DNA of 64,000 nt, taken from the NCBI GenBank assembly GCA_937120475.1, contig CAKZJV010000007.1:572068-636067 (forward strand), given 5' to 3'. A model generated the notes under the pieces. The model did not search any database and had not been told where the DNA came from. It saw only the letters and a program-made list of their open reading frames with translations. Positions 47,287 through 57,703 of the stretch are shown piece after piece. The DNA comes from an uncultured Cryomorphaceae bacterium (GTDB lineage Bacteria > Bacteroidota > Bacteroidia > Flavobacteriales > Schleiferiaceae). Made by a program: the position numbers and the translations under genes. Position 1 is the first letter of the stretch. The number at the start of each line of letters is the position of its first letter.

Positions 47287-48465
47287 ATGGGAGTTGAACT
47301 GAGGCCTATGGGCGTAAAATGCAATATTGCCTGCCAGTATTGCTATCAACACCCGCAACGTGATGTAGAGGACAAGCGGAAGCCCTACGATATGGAGCTT
47401 ATGAAAGAAGCCATCCTGAAAGAGGGTCAGAAATTTACCCTCTTTGGCGGTGAAGCCTTAATGGTGCCCCTGGAAGACCTGGAGGAGTTGTGGAGCTGGG
47501 GGCTAAAGGAGTTTGGTATAAACTCCGTGCAAACCAACGGTTCACTAATTACGGAAGCGCACATTGACCTTTTTATAAAGTACAAAGTGCAGGTAGGTGT
47601 GTCTATGGACGGGCCGGACGCACTCAATGATGTCCGCTGGGCCGGAAGCCTGAAACGTACCCGCGAACACACGCAAAAATCACAATGGGCCATTGAGCGG
47701 ATGTGCGAAAGAGGTATTCCCCCGGCCATGATCATAACCTTACATAAAGGCAATGCTACGGCCGATAAGCTGCCCGAAATGGACCGCTGGTTGATGGGTT
47801 TGGATAAGATCGGTGTGAATAGCGTACGGCTTCACCTTATGGAGGTAGAAAATGAAACCCTGAGGCAAGCCTACCACCTCAGCCCCGGGGAGAACCTACA
47901 CGCTCTTACCCATTTTCATCACCTGGAAAAAGAAATGAACGACCTGCGCTTTGATATTTTTGGAGAAATCAAACGTTTGCAAAATGCCGAAGACCACCAG
48001 GTAAGTTGCGTATGGAAAGCCTGTGACCCTTATACCACCGCTGCCGTTCGCGGTGTGGAAGGTGAAGGGCAACGCAGCAACTGCGGACGTACCAATAAAG
48101 AAGGTATCGAATTTGTAAAGGCTCCGTTACCCTCCTATTCACGCTACATCGCTCTGTATCACACACCCCAGGAAGCCGGTGGCTGTAAAGGCTGCCGTTT
48201 CTTTAGTATGTGCAAGGGGCATTGCCCGGGCACCTCTTTGGAAGGCGACTGGCGTTTTAGAACCGAGCACTGCGAGGTGTGGAAAAAGATGTTTGAACTG
48301 GCCGAGGAGGAAGCAGTGGCTGAAGGTAAAACCCCGCTCTCCTTGCACCCGGCCCGCCCCTACCTGGAGCAACGCCTGCTGGAAGGTTGGAGCCGTGGAC
48401 AAAACTACGCCCTGCAAAGCCTGATCAAGGAAATGGCCTCCAAACCTCAAATGGCAACGGTATGA
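47287..48465 (+). CDS. radical SAM enzyme with a C-terminal SPASM/twitch-like Cys cluster
   Basis: CNIACQYC (Cx3Cx2C) at the N-terminus. C-terminal cysteines (CVWKAC...CGRT...CKGCRFFSMCKGHCPG). Start and stop codons overlap the neighbouring genes. Confidence 0.8.
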   Translation: MGVELRPMGVKCNIACQYCYQHPQRDVEDKRKPYDMELMKEAILKEGQKFTLFGGEALMVPLEDLEELWSWGLKEFGINSVQTNGSLITEAHIDLFIKYKVQVGVSMDGPDALNDVRWAGSLKRTREHTQKSQWAIERMCERGIPPAMIITLHKGNATADKLPEMDRWLMGLDKIGVNSVRLHLMEVENETLRQAYHLSPGENLHALTHFHHLEKEMNDLRFDIFGEIKRLQNAEDHQVSCVWKACDPYTTAAVRGVEGEGQRSNCGRTNKEGIEFVKAPLPSYSRYIALYHTPQEAGGCKGCRFFSMCKGHCPGTSLEGDWRFRTEHCEVWKKMFELAEEEAVAEGKTPLSLHPARPYLEQRLLEGWSRGQNYALQSLIKEMASKPQMATV

Positions 48466-49277
48466 ATGAGATGAGCTTTAGCATGCCCGCTTTTAAGAGC
48501 ATTGCCTGGGTAAGCAACCAGGCACGGCTTAGCTGGGCCCACCGCATTAAAAAACTCAACCACGCTTTGGCCGATACGGCCGTGAAGCTGGTAGCAGATG
48601 GACTACTTCCCAGCCTGCAAATAACCGTAGAAGGAGTGCTTTACTTTAAGCTTTTACAACAAGCAAGAGATCTGGAAGTACCCCTGGAAGGCCGTTTACT
48701 GGGCAATAAAGATGTTCCCGGCCCGGTGTATTACTGGGTACAACTGGGCGATCCGAAAAGTGGCTTATGCCGTGCTTGCGCGGAAAGCAGCTTATTGCAT
48801 TTGGAAAGCGGGGATAAAGAGTGCCTTTGGGAACTAAACTCCGAGGGGAACGATACCGAAACCATCCGCGAAACTGAAAATCCCGCCATTAGCGGGCACC
48901 TATGGCGTAAACTGGTGAGCCATACCGGACCAATAAGACCTTGCTCTCTGCATTGCTCCTCGCTGAGCCGCATTGATAGAAAGATAATGGATGGTCTCAG
49001 GATCAATGGTTATAGTGAAGAAGCTGAATGGCGTGAAGCTATTTATTCCTGGCCGGTTGAATGGAATGCCGTAAATGGTATTGCCGAACTGCGCAGCCCG
49101 GTAGTGAAGTTGGCTTATGACACCGATGCAGCCCAGGAAAAAAGAGTAATCCGTTTTAACGGTACCGCCTATCCTGAGGAAGGCCCCTTTGGCCGGGAAT
49201 TTCCCTATAAAAGACGCAGGTTTTTACGCATCTCCGATTCTAAATCATTTAAAGCCGGACTGGAGCATGGAAACTGA
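48462..49277 (+). CDS. hypothetical protein, translationally coupled (ATGA overlap) to the radical SAM gene
   Basis: Start taken at MNEMSF, where the ATG overlaps the TGA of the upstream gene. The track ORF begins at 48387. Confidence 0.45.
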   Translation: MNEMSFSMPAFKSIAWVSNQARLSWAHRIKKLNHALADTAVKLVADGLLPSLQITVEGVLYFKLLQQARDLEVPLEGRLLGNKDVPGPVYYWVQLGDPKSGLCRACAESSLLHLESGDKECLWELNSEGNDTETIRETENPAISGHLWRKLVSHTGPIRPCSLHCSSLSRIDRKIMDGLRINGYSEEAEWREAIYSWPVEWNAVNGIAELRSPVVKLAYDTDAAQEKRVIRFNGTAYPEEGPFGREFPYKRRRFLRISDSKSFKAGLEHGN

Positions 49278-50664
49278 AATACTCCCTTTTCTGAAACAAG
49301 ATGAGTGGGCCCTGGCGGCAGTACCCCAAAAGAATGGTAGCGACACCGCTATTTTCCAAAAGGCAGCCCGGCACACCGAATTAAAGATTGCACCGCCAAA
49401 AAGTCCGGAAGAACCCGGTTATTTAAATCATAAAGTTGCACTTCGTCACCGTGATTGGGACAGTGATTTTTTGCAGTCTTTTGAGCACGCACCCTTCGAC
49501 CACCCTATGTTGAAAGAGGCCGAAGAACTACTGCGATGCTGGCCGGAAATGTATGCTCAATGCGGGGAGATACTGAAGGAATTCAACCCGGTTTTTATAA
49601 AGGGTATTGAAGACCGGAAAGACCATACCGGCTCCAACAGCCATCAACCGAAAGGTACTTTGGGGAGTATGTGGGCTACCGTTCACAACCCGGTGTTATT
49701 GGCGCAAGCCATCGTTCATGAAACGGCTCACAATAAGCTGTTTTCCTTAGGACAACACTTTGAAACACCGGGTCCCCTATTCAACAATCGCCCGGATGAG
49801 TTGTACGACAGTCCGGTGCGTTTGGATATTCCCCGGCCGATGCCGGCTGTTTTTCACGGGGTATATGCCTTTACCCATGTACTGGCACTGGATCGAAAGA
49901 TGTTCCAAAAAGCTAAAGCCGAATATCGCGGCTTTATACTGGGCTTGCTTCACCACAATGCCTTGCGCATAAAAAAAGGATTACAGTGGGTGGAAAGCTG
50001 TGCGCAACTAACTACGGCAGGCCGGGCCTTTATGCGCAGTTTCCTGCCCTGGGCGCACGGGGAGGTTGAAAAGGCTTTGCAGGAATCGCGGGTCGCTTCA
50101 CGCAACTACCAGGAAGGCCCCATTGCCCTGATCGGTTTAACTCCCGAAAGTCGTAAACGTACCATCGATCGCCTGGTACAGGAAACCGGCCGGGCAGTGG
50201 TTCAACTGGATAATATTAAATGGGAAGTGTGGGCACAATCTTCCGTAGTTCAAAAAAAGCAGCTGGATCAGTACGGTTCACCGGAACTGATGAAAGCCTT
50301 TACCGAAAGTGGCAAGTTTCATCCGCAACAATATTTAAGCAACTGGTTGGCCCGGGGAGTTTTTAATCTTTTGGAATACGAATTTCTCAAACTGCAATTG
50401 GCCAGTTACGCCATACAAAAGTATCCGAACGCTATACTCGATTTTGGCCATGATAATGCTCTGTTGGAGCAAGACGAATTCCTGGCCCGTTTGCAGCAAT
50501 TATTTCGCGAAACAAATACCCGGGTTATTTATACCCGTCCACTGGCTTCCGTTGAAGACAGCATAGAACGGCTGAAGGAAAATAGTGTTTCAGCCGAGCA
50601 TTTACGCAAGGCCCTTGAATTACCCGCGTACCGGACCCTTGGTGTTGAAGTGGTAGTTTGTTAA
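49267..50664 (+). CDS. HExxH-motif protein of the kind found next to radical SAM/SPASM maturases
   Basis: AIVHETAHNKLF HExxH motif. Start taken at METEIL, overlapping the upstream gene. The track ORF begins at 49189. Confidence 0.45.
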   Translation: METEILPFLKQDEWALAAVPQKNGSDTAIFQKAARHTELKIAPPKSPEEPGYLNHKVALRHRDWDSDFLQSFEHAPFDHPMLKEAEELLRCWPEMYAQCGEILKEFNPVFIKGIEDRKDHTGSNSHQPKGTLGSMWATVHNPVLLAQAIVHETAHNKLFSLGQHFETPGPLFNNRPDELYDSPVRLDIPRPMPAVFHGVYAFTHVLALDRKMFQKAKAEYRGFILGLLHHNALRIKKGLQWVESCAQLTTAGRAFMRSFLPWAHGEVEKALQESRVASRNYQEGPIALIGLTPESRKRTIDRLVQETGRAVVQLDNIKWEVWAQSSVVQKKQLDQYGSPELMKAFTESGKFHPQQYLSNWLARGVFNLLEYEFLKLQLASYAIQKYPNAILDFGHDNALLEQDEFLARLQQLFRETNTRVIYTRPLASVEDSIERLKENSVSAEHLRKALELPAYRTLGVEVVVC

Positions 50665-50815
50665 ACTCCCGCCACAATCCTTCATCAATAATAAAAATGG
50701 TTCATTCAGACGAATAAACCTTCTGCCTGATAAGTATTCATTTTTTGAACCCATTTTTCAAGAGAATCCTGCTATATTTCTGAAAACATTTTTAAACCAA
50801 TAAATCAAACCAAAA

Positions 50816-52756
50816 ATGGATCATGACTCTATTGTACGGGTGGCTATCTATCCACCTTTGGGTATTGCCCGTGTGGGTAATTCCAACGAATATTTTTTCG
50901 CTTCCGATGTTCCGGGCGTGGCCCCGAAACCCGAAGGCGGCTATAAAGACGGTGATAATCGCGTTAAAAAACAGGTAGCCCGTTTCCGGGTGTATGCCTT
51001 TAATGCGGATGGTAAACCCCTGGGTGAATTAAATCATAACAACTCTACACAGATCGAGTGGCGGGTGCATTCCGCCAATGTTAAAGCGGCCTGGTACCAG
51101 TTTAATAATGCTTTGGATCTATCCGATCGTGGGATTTCATCCTTATACCGCAACAGCAGTGTTACGGGTGCCGACCGTCAGCAAATGGTAATCGACCCGG
51201 GCTCCCGTACCATCTCCGGGCTCAATCAGCAAGGCCCGGAATACCAGCTGGACGGTGGTAAATTCTTTGACATGGAAGTTCCCTTGGGTGAAATCCGTAC
51301 CGATGAACAAGGAAGACTGCTTTACTTCGGTGGAGACGGGCATTCGGCTTCTCTCAACAACGCTCCTGCCACCACTTTTGCCAATAACGATGGCTGGCAC
51401 GATGATACCTCCGATGGTGTGATACGGGCTACGGTAAGGCTCAGCAATGGCCAAACGCTGGAAGCCACCCCCGCCATGGTAGCCGTTACTCCCCCTGATT
51501 TTGGTCCGGGTCTTTATGGTGTAGTCACCATGAATGATGTGGTGCAGAACCTCTTCATCAACGAGATGAATTATCCCGATCCGGCTGCGGATGGTGTGGT
51601 CTTTTACCGCGACATCTACCCCATGCTGCAACGCATGACCAACACACAGTGGGTAAACCAAGGTTTTTATATGCTTTTCGGTAAAAACTCGCCATCGGAC
51701 TTTACCGATCCGGATTACCTCGCGCAGCTATCCAGCAACTCAGAAGCTAATAAAGCAGCGCGCATGCGTGTATTCAACTGGTTCCGCAACCCTGATGATG
51801 CTAAAGATACGCCTACCAAGATCCCGCCCTTTTACGGGGATGGTTTCGGGGAATACTACAATACCGCCCTAGACAATTTACCGGTAACCCAAATCCAGTA
51901 CGCGCGCCTGCAAAAATGGGCCAATGGCGATTTTGAGACCGGTAAGCTACAGCCTCCTAAAAGTTTTAATGAAATGACGCCCGGGGAGCAGATCAACTCC
52001 TTGAATCAAGCTCCTTTTGAAGAGTGCCTGGGTGGTCCCTTCCACCCCGGTATTGAAATTACCTGGCCCATGCGCGTTAAGCTCATGTGGGAAGAACCCT
52101 ATCGTTTGAAAACGGTAAAAGAAGGGGAATCCACTCAACTGGATTTTGGCCCTTTACTGACCTCTGAAATTGCGTTGTCAGCGGATGGCCCCTTGTCCAA
52201 AAGCGGACCCGGTGCCTTAACCCGCTGGCTGGGTGTACCTTGGCAAACCGATGAGGCCAGTTGCCTTTCCGGTTACAACACCACCTATTATCTGCCACTT
52301 CCCTCCTTTTGGGCGGCAAGGGTACCCAACCAGGTAATGAGCGAAGAAAGCTACCAGCGTATGCAGGATGAAAAACTAAACCTGGCGCAACGCCTCAAGC
52401 ACTTTGATTACCGCCAGGACTGGTTGCGTGACTTCGGTACGGTGTATCAAAAGAAGATCAATTATATGGTGCAGCGCTGGCACGACCTGGGTATTATTGC
52501 TCAGGATAGCAGCGATAATCAGGGGTCGGATAACTACTTGCCCGAACAGGTGTGGAAGGAAACCGGCCGCAATTTTGATCCGCTCAGCGACCCCACTTTT
52601 GAGCAAGTACTGATTGCCGAAGGTGTGAAAGAACCGCAAACCGAGCCCCTGCTAAAAGCAGCCCTTGCGGTTGAAGAGAAATCCGGTAAGGACAAGAAAG
52701 TGACCAAAGACTCCATCCGGAGGCAGCAACGCACCTTCGGACGTGGGGAGTTATAA
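50816..52756 (+). CDS. LodA-like protein (putative quinoprotein amino-acid oxidase family)
   Basis: 646-aa protein immediately upstream of a LodB-like flavoprotein gene. Size and gene pairing match lodA/lodB. No motif could be verified by eye. Confidence 0.4.
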   Translation: MDHDSIVRVAIYPPLGIARVGNSNEYFFASDVPGVAPKPEGGYKDGDNRVKKQVARFRVYAFNADGKPLGELNHNNSTQIEWRVHSANVKAAWYQFNNALDLSDRGISSLYRNSSVTGADRQQMVIDPGSRTISGLNQQGPEYQLDGGKFFDMEVPLGEIRTDEQGRLLYFGGDGHSASLNNAPATTFANNDGWHDDTSDGVIRATVRLSNGQTLEATPAMVAVTPPDFGPGLYGVVTMNDVVQNLFINEMNYPDPAADGVVFYRDIYPMLQRMTNTQWVNQGFYMLFGKNSPSDFTDPDYLAQLSSNSEANKAARMRVFNWFRNPDDAKDTPTKIPPFYGDGFGEYYNTALDNLPVTQIQYARLQKWANGDFETGKLQPPKSFNEMTPGEQINSLNQAPFEECLGGPFHPGIEITWPMRVKLMWEEPYRLKTVKEGESTQLDFGPLLTSEIALSADGPLSKSGPGALTRWLGVPWQTDEASCLSGYNTTYYLPLPSFWAARVPNQVMSEESYQRMQDEKLNLAQRLKHFDYRQDWLRDFGTVYQKKINYMVQRWHDLGIIAQDSSDNQGSDNYLPEQVWKETGRNFDPLSDPTFEQVLIAEGVKEPQTEPLLKAALAVEEKSGKDKKVTKDSIRRQQRTFGRGEL

Positions 52757-52966
52757 AAACTATGTTGAAGGCACTTCCTTTTCCAGCAGAATAGTAAGAG
52801 CAAAGCTTCGAGACTCAGGTATTCCCTTTTAGGAATACCGCGAAGTTTGCCTTACGGTTTTTACTCAGATTATATCTGAGTAAAAAATTCCTTTGGAAAA
52901 GCGTCTTTTTCTTTGGTTCGTTTCTTTTGGACGAGCAAAAGAAATGAACATAAAAAATCCTGATTT

Positions 52967-53989
52967 TTGGACCCGCTTAATACAGATATAGTAATCATTG
53001 GTGGCGGCCCCGCAGGGGTCGCCACTTCTTTAACCCTCACGGCACGGGGAGTTCCCCATGTAGTGGTAGAGGCCCAAAAACAACCCCAGCGCAAAGCCGG
53101 GGAAGCTTTACCGCCCAATGCCAAACCATTGTTGCGGCAATTGGGTATGGATGACCTGATGGAGCATCCCGCTCACCTCCCCTACCACGGTAATCAAAGC
53201 ATTTGGAAAGGTTCGCCCCTCCGCACCGAGGACTTTATCAAGTGCGTACACGGTCACGGTTATCTGCTGGACCGTCTGGTTTTTGAGCAACAACTAAGGA
53301 AACTGGTGAAAGCCCCTTTTTACACCGGCTATAAATTGCGATCGCTTTCTTCATTAGAAAATGGTGTGGAAGTCACGGTGGAAAACCTGGCGGATTCACT
53401 TGGTTTTAAAGCCCGGTATATCGTAGATGCTACCGGCCGTAAAGCCAGCGTATGCCGGCATTTAGGCGTGGTACCTACCGTATTGGACGAATGGTTCGGG
53501 CTGTGGTTTTATGCCGAGGGCAAAGCCCCGAAGCAAATCTTTGTGGAAAGTACCGAACAAGGTTGGTGGTATGCCGCTCCCTTTGGTGCAAACCAGGTCA
53601 CAATGATGTTCTTTACCCGCAAGGAATACATTCCCACCAAAGCCAAAATACCGGCTTTTCTGCAAAAGCAATTCCGGCAAACCACGCAACTCGCCAAAAC
53701 GTTTAGCATTCCTGATCTCAGCCCTGCCGAAGTACAGATTCGCCCCTCCGGAACGGCCTTTCTGGATCAACCGTATGGTACTAACTGGTTAGCGGTAGGT
53801 GATGCCGCTTACGCTTACGACCCTATTTCGTCTTTTGGTATTACCTCCGCCCTGGCGGGCGGTTACTATGCCGGTCATGCCTTAGCCGATAGTTTAGAAG
53901 GAAAGGATGATGCTTTAGGGGTATATCGTTATGTGATGGAGAATGCTTTTCAGGGTTATAAAGAAAAGTTGATCAAAGTATATGCTTAA
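52967..53989 (+). CDS. FAD-dependent oxidoreductase (LodB-like or halogenase/GG-reductase-like flavoprotein); TTG start
   Basis: DIVIIGGGPAGVATSLTL Rossmann FAD motif. GDAAYAYDP motif (GD...DP of the flavin monooxygenase family). Confidence 0.65.
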   Translation: MDPLNTDIVIIGGGPAGVATSLTLTARGVPHVVVEAQKQPQRKAGEALPPNAKPLLRQLGMDDLMEHPAHLPYHGNQSIWKGSPLRTEDFIKCVHGHGYLLDRLVFEQQLRKLVKAPFYTGYKLRSLSSLENGVEVTVENLADSLGFKARYIVDATGRKASVCRHLGVVPTVLDEWFGLWFYAEGKAPKQIFVESTEQGWWYAAPFGANQVTMMFFTRKEYIPTKAKIPAFLQKQFRQTTQLAKTFSIPDLSPAEVQIRPSGTAFLDQPYGTNWLAVGDAAYAYDPISSFGITSALAGGYYAGHALADSLEGKDDALGVYRYVMENAFQGYKEKLIKVYA

Positions 53990-54021
53990 AGACATATGCA
54001 AATCTTAATTAACTTAGAAGC

Positions 54022-55848
54022 ATGCGACCAAGCCGAACCTCTCAGAATCAACCATTCAAGAACAAACCCAAACAGGATACACCCAATAGCGAAGAACTGA
54101 AAAAACAGTTAGATACTTCTTCTGCACTAAACCGCACACTAGGCTTAGCTTTTATGAGCGTATTGATTTATATGCTCATTACAATAGCTTTGGTTACGGA
54201 TATGACCCTCTTATTGCCCGATAGCAAAGTAAATCTACCCATTATTAATGTGGAAATCGGGTTATTTTCATTTTTCCTAGCAGCGCCCATATTAGTTTTA
54301 GGCCTTCACTTTAATTTATTGATTAACCTGTCCAACCACAGTGCTAAACTTAAAAACTGGCTAGATAGAAAAGCAAATAAAGAGCAAGCTCAAAAGGAAG
54401 TACATCCTTTTATTTTCAATCAACTACCCTTTTTAAGAAAAGGAAATATAAAAGATTACTTGACCTTTAGTTTGGTTAAAATTGGAGTCTTTTATATGCC
54501 TCTTGCGGTAATGCTATTGATGCAACTGCGTTTTTCAGATTATCAAAGTTCATGGATGACCATCCTGCATTTTAGTTTTCTTACTGTCGATTTTTTATTA
54601 ATTCGAAATTATTACTCGGAAATCATTCTGGATAAGTATCCTATCAATTTCAAAAAGACTTTTTCTTTTTGGAATTATTCTTTTTTAGCAGTTGGAGTTA
54701 TTAACCTTTTAATCTTTGGGATTGTGATACTTAACTGGTTTCCTGAAAAAACTGGGGCCTTTATGCATAAGTCTCAAAACTGGTTTGCAGAACAAATAAA
54801 ACCCAGGATTACAATCAAGGGATCAATTCAGGCAGATGATAATATCACTGAATTTACCTTGTATTATATGAATAAAGGTTTTTCAGAAAGTGATTCAAAG
54901 GAACAAGCAACACATTTTTTTGGAAATAGTATTAATATAGAACACCGAAATTTTAATTACGCTGTCCTACAGTCAATCAATCTAAGCCACAATGACCTTA
55001 GAGATGTAGAACTATTTGGAGCTGATCTCAGATATTCCTACCTTCAAAAGGTTAATTTACAAGCTGTTCATTTAAAAGCTGTCAACTTAGCTCATACCAA
55101 ACTGCAAGGAGCAGTTCTAAATGGGGCTAAATTAGTGGGGCTTAACCTACAGTCGGCCAAGTTACAGGGCGCAAATCTGGCCAATGCTAATTTAGCAGGA
55201 GCTAATTTAAAGTATGCCGAACTACATGAAACCTTTTTATTCGCAACTAAATTCCAAGGTGCTATTTTATCTGGTGCTAAGTTAGAGGGGATTTATTTAA
55301 ACCAGTCAAATTTTGGTGGTGCGCTTATGGTGCATACTTATCTAAAAGGAATCGGAGGCTCTATTCTTGCTGTCTATTATATACCTAATTCTGGTTATCC
55401 TACAAGTCTTGAATACTCTGATAGTCGTATTAAAGAAACATTTGAGGAAACCCTTGAAAAATATGCTTTTAAATCGCAGATCTTGCAAAATAGAGCTAAA
55501 AAAAGATCAGAAGCTTACCCAATAATTAGATCTAGTTTAAATAGTTTTATTATAGTAAGAAAATCATTATTGGATAGCATAAACATACCTCTTAATCATC
55601 TTTTTATAGGGGGTAACGATATCGTTTGGTCCCCAGACTCAACGGTTAACAGTGAAATAGCTTTACACAATAGCATTCTCTATCAACATCTCAAAACCCA
55701 TGTTCCCCACCGCTTAGAGGAGTTTCGTAAAGACAGTGCTAACTTTATTTTTTCAACTACTCAACTTCAAATGAAGAACCCTAGCCTAAGCCGGGGTTCT
55801 TCTTCTCCAAACAACCAAAAATCAAATAATACTATTCCGCACCCGTAG
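54022..55848 (+). CDS. membrane-anchored pentapeptide-repeat protein
   Basis: N-terminal TM helices. Long run of A(N/D)LxxAxL pentapeptide repeats (LQGANLANANLAGANLKYAEL). Confidence 0.75.
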   Translation: MRPSRTSQNQPFKNKPKQDTPNSEELKKQLDTSSALNRTLGLAFMSVLIYMLITIALVTDMTLLLPDSKVNLPIINVEIGLFSFFLAAPILVLGLHFNLLINLSNHSAKLKNWLDRKANKEQAQKEVHPFIFNQLPFLRKGNIKDYLTFSLVKIGVFYMPLAVMLLMQLRFSDYQSSWMTILHFSFLTVDFLLIRNYYSEIILDKYPINFKKTFSFWNYSFLAVGVINLLIFGIVILNWFPEKTGAFMHKSQNWFAEQIKPRITIKGSIQADDNITEFTLYYMNKGFSESDSKEQATHFFGNSINIEHRNFNYAVLQSINLSHNDLRDVELFGADLRYSYLQKVNLQAVHLKAVNLAHTKLQGAVLNGAKLVGLNLQSAKLQGANLANANLAGANLKYAELHETFLFATKFQGAILSGAKLEGIYLNQSNFGGALMVHTYLKGIGGSILAVYYIPNSGYPTSLEYSDSRIKETFEETLEKYAFKSQILQNRAKKRSEAYPIIRSSLNSFIIVRKSLLDSINIPLNHLFIGGNDIVWSPDSTVNSEIALHNSILYQHLKTHVPHRLEEFRKDSANFIFSTTQLQMKNPSLSRGSSSPNNQKSNNTIPHP

Positions 55849-57558
55849 GTGGTTGTAGGGATCTTCTACCAAATTCTCTTTGACCTCCACCAGTTTGTCG
55901 TAGTTCTGGGCAAAGTAGGTTTTAGTGGGTATGGAACTGTCTTTAAAGCTGATAAAGGCCCCGGAGGTGTTGGGGATGTCGTAATCCCGTGCTACCTCCA
56001 TCCAGTCCAATGCCCGGTTGGTACGGGTGTACACTTTGTTGTTTTGCCTTTTATCCACTTCGTACTCATGGGTATTCCACCAGGTTTGGTACTGTATGGT
56101 GTACAGCATTTGCTTGTAAGGGAAAGCACTGTCTCCACCTTGCGGATTGTTGCGGTAGTAATCGCCCACAATGGCACCCAGGGTCACGTAACTCATTAGT
56201 CCCAGTTTGCGATTGCCTTCCAGCAACAGGTCGGAGGTAAGGCTGTGCAGCAGGGCTTCATAGCCATCACTACCTAATCCCTGCGGCTCTACCAGGCGCG
56301 AAGTGATCTTATGCGGGGCCGGATCATCGTAATCCGGGGGCAGGGGTTTGCCCTGTAGCAGTAGTTGCTTGTGTTCGGGGTGAGCATCCAGCTCCTCTCC
56401 CCTTTCATGGCGGGCCATTAAAATGGGGTTGAAAGATTCTCGCGCCCAGTTGCTCATCAGGTTTTCACCGTACACTTCATCGGAATCGGAACCCCCTTCT
56501 CCATCATTTTTAACCACGTCCGGTTTCACTCCTTTTTCGGTGAACCACTCATTAATGAATTCCTCCAGCGAGCTCCAGTCTCCTTCCCAATAGCCGTACA
56601 TGCGGCAGTTGTGGCATACGGTATCTTTATTAAAGGGCTGCTCACCGGCTGGCTTAGCGTTGATCTGCAGGTTGGTACCGATCAGTTGACTGGTCTGGTC
56701 AGATTCAATGGCCGCCTCCCAGGCTCGTAGAACCTTGATGGTAGGATGGTTGTGCAGTGGCTCATCGCTATCCACTGGTTCGTAAGGGTTCCAGTCCAGG
56801 TGAAAGCGGATCAGCTTGGGCGGCAGTTCAAAGGTCTGTATGCGGAATTCCGTCACCAGGCCATAGCTCATGGCACCACCACCTCGCAAGGCCCAAAGCA
56901 GTTCCGGTGTATTGCTGCCTTCGGCATCCACACTTATCCGCTCACCGTTACCCAGTACCAGGTCAGCACCTTTCAGCCACTCGCAACACATCCCGTGCTT
57001 ACGCGTCCAGGGGCCCCAGCCCCCACCCATTATGAAACCGGATATACCTACGGTAGCACAAGTGCCGTGGGCGATCATTACGTCTTTATCGGCCAGCTTG
57101 GTAGTGAGGTTTTTAAAGATATTACCCGGCCCTATAGCCGCCAGGCCATTGGCCCCTACATCCACCTTATCCATTCTGGATACGTCAATCAATATAGTAT
57201 TGGTACCCGTACACTCTCCTTCGTGGTCGTGACCGCCCGCACGGATGCGTACCGGTAGGTTTAATGCTACCGCCAGGCGGTAGGTGATCTGCACATCTTC
57301 CGGTTGGGCACAGTACACTATGGCCCAGGGCTTTTCCTGGAAACGCCTGTTGAAGATCTGGCAGTGCTCATTGTAAACAATCTGGTGGGCCCAGTCGCCC
57401 GCTACTACCATTATTTCAGTAGCCGCGCTCACCTCTTTCTTTACCTGGTTTAAATAATCGGCCAGAGTTCCCGCTTTGGAATCAAGATTGGTTGATTCGT
57501 TGTTCATGTTGGTTTGGTTTAAATTAGTAATAAAGCTATATAGTAAAAGCCTTAGCAT
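55822..57558 (-). CDS. FAD-linked oxidase, berberine-bridge-enzyme-like (PCMH-type FAD-binding)
   Basis: PVRIRAGGHDHEG FAD-binding motif, about 578 aa. Confidence 0.7.
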   Translation of the reverse strand: MLRLLLYSFITNLNQTNMNNESTNLDSKAGTLADYLNQVKKEVSAATEIMVVAGDWAHQIVYNEHCQIFNRRFQEKPWAIVYCAQPEDVQITYRLAVALNLPVRIRAGGHDHEGECTGTNTILIDVSRMDKVDVGANGLAAIGPGNIFKNLTTKLADKDVMIAHGTCATVGISGFIMGGGWGPWTRKHGMCCEWLKGADLVLGNGERISVDAEGSNTPELLWALRGGGAMSYGLVTEFRIQTFELPPKLIRFHLDWNPYEPVDSDEPLHNHPTIKVLRAWEAAIESDQTSQLIGTNLQINAKPAGEQPFNKDTVCHNCRMYGYWEGDWSSLEEFINEWFTEKGVKPDVVKNDGEGGSDSDEVYGENLMSNWARESFNPILMARHERGEELDAHPEHKQLLLQGKPLPPDYDDPAPHKITSRLVEPQGLGSDGYEALLHSLTSDLLLEGNRKLGLMSYVTLGAIVGDYYRNNPQGGDSAFPYKQMLYTIQYQTWWNTHEYEVDKRQNNKVYTRTNRALDWMEVARDYDIPNTSGAFISFKDSSIPTKTYFAQNYDKLVEVKENLVEDPYNHLRVRNSII

Positions 57559-57703
57559 ATTAGCAAAACCAATAGGATTCCAAATAATATTCTCGGGAAT
57601 GACTTCTTTTTCTTAGTAAATGGTTAAGATAAAGTAGGGAAATCAGTAAGACTTTTAAGGATCATCCAGGCTGTAAAACTACCCTCATACCTTTTCCATA
57701 CCA

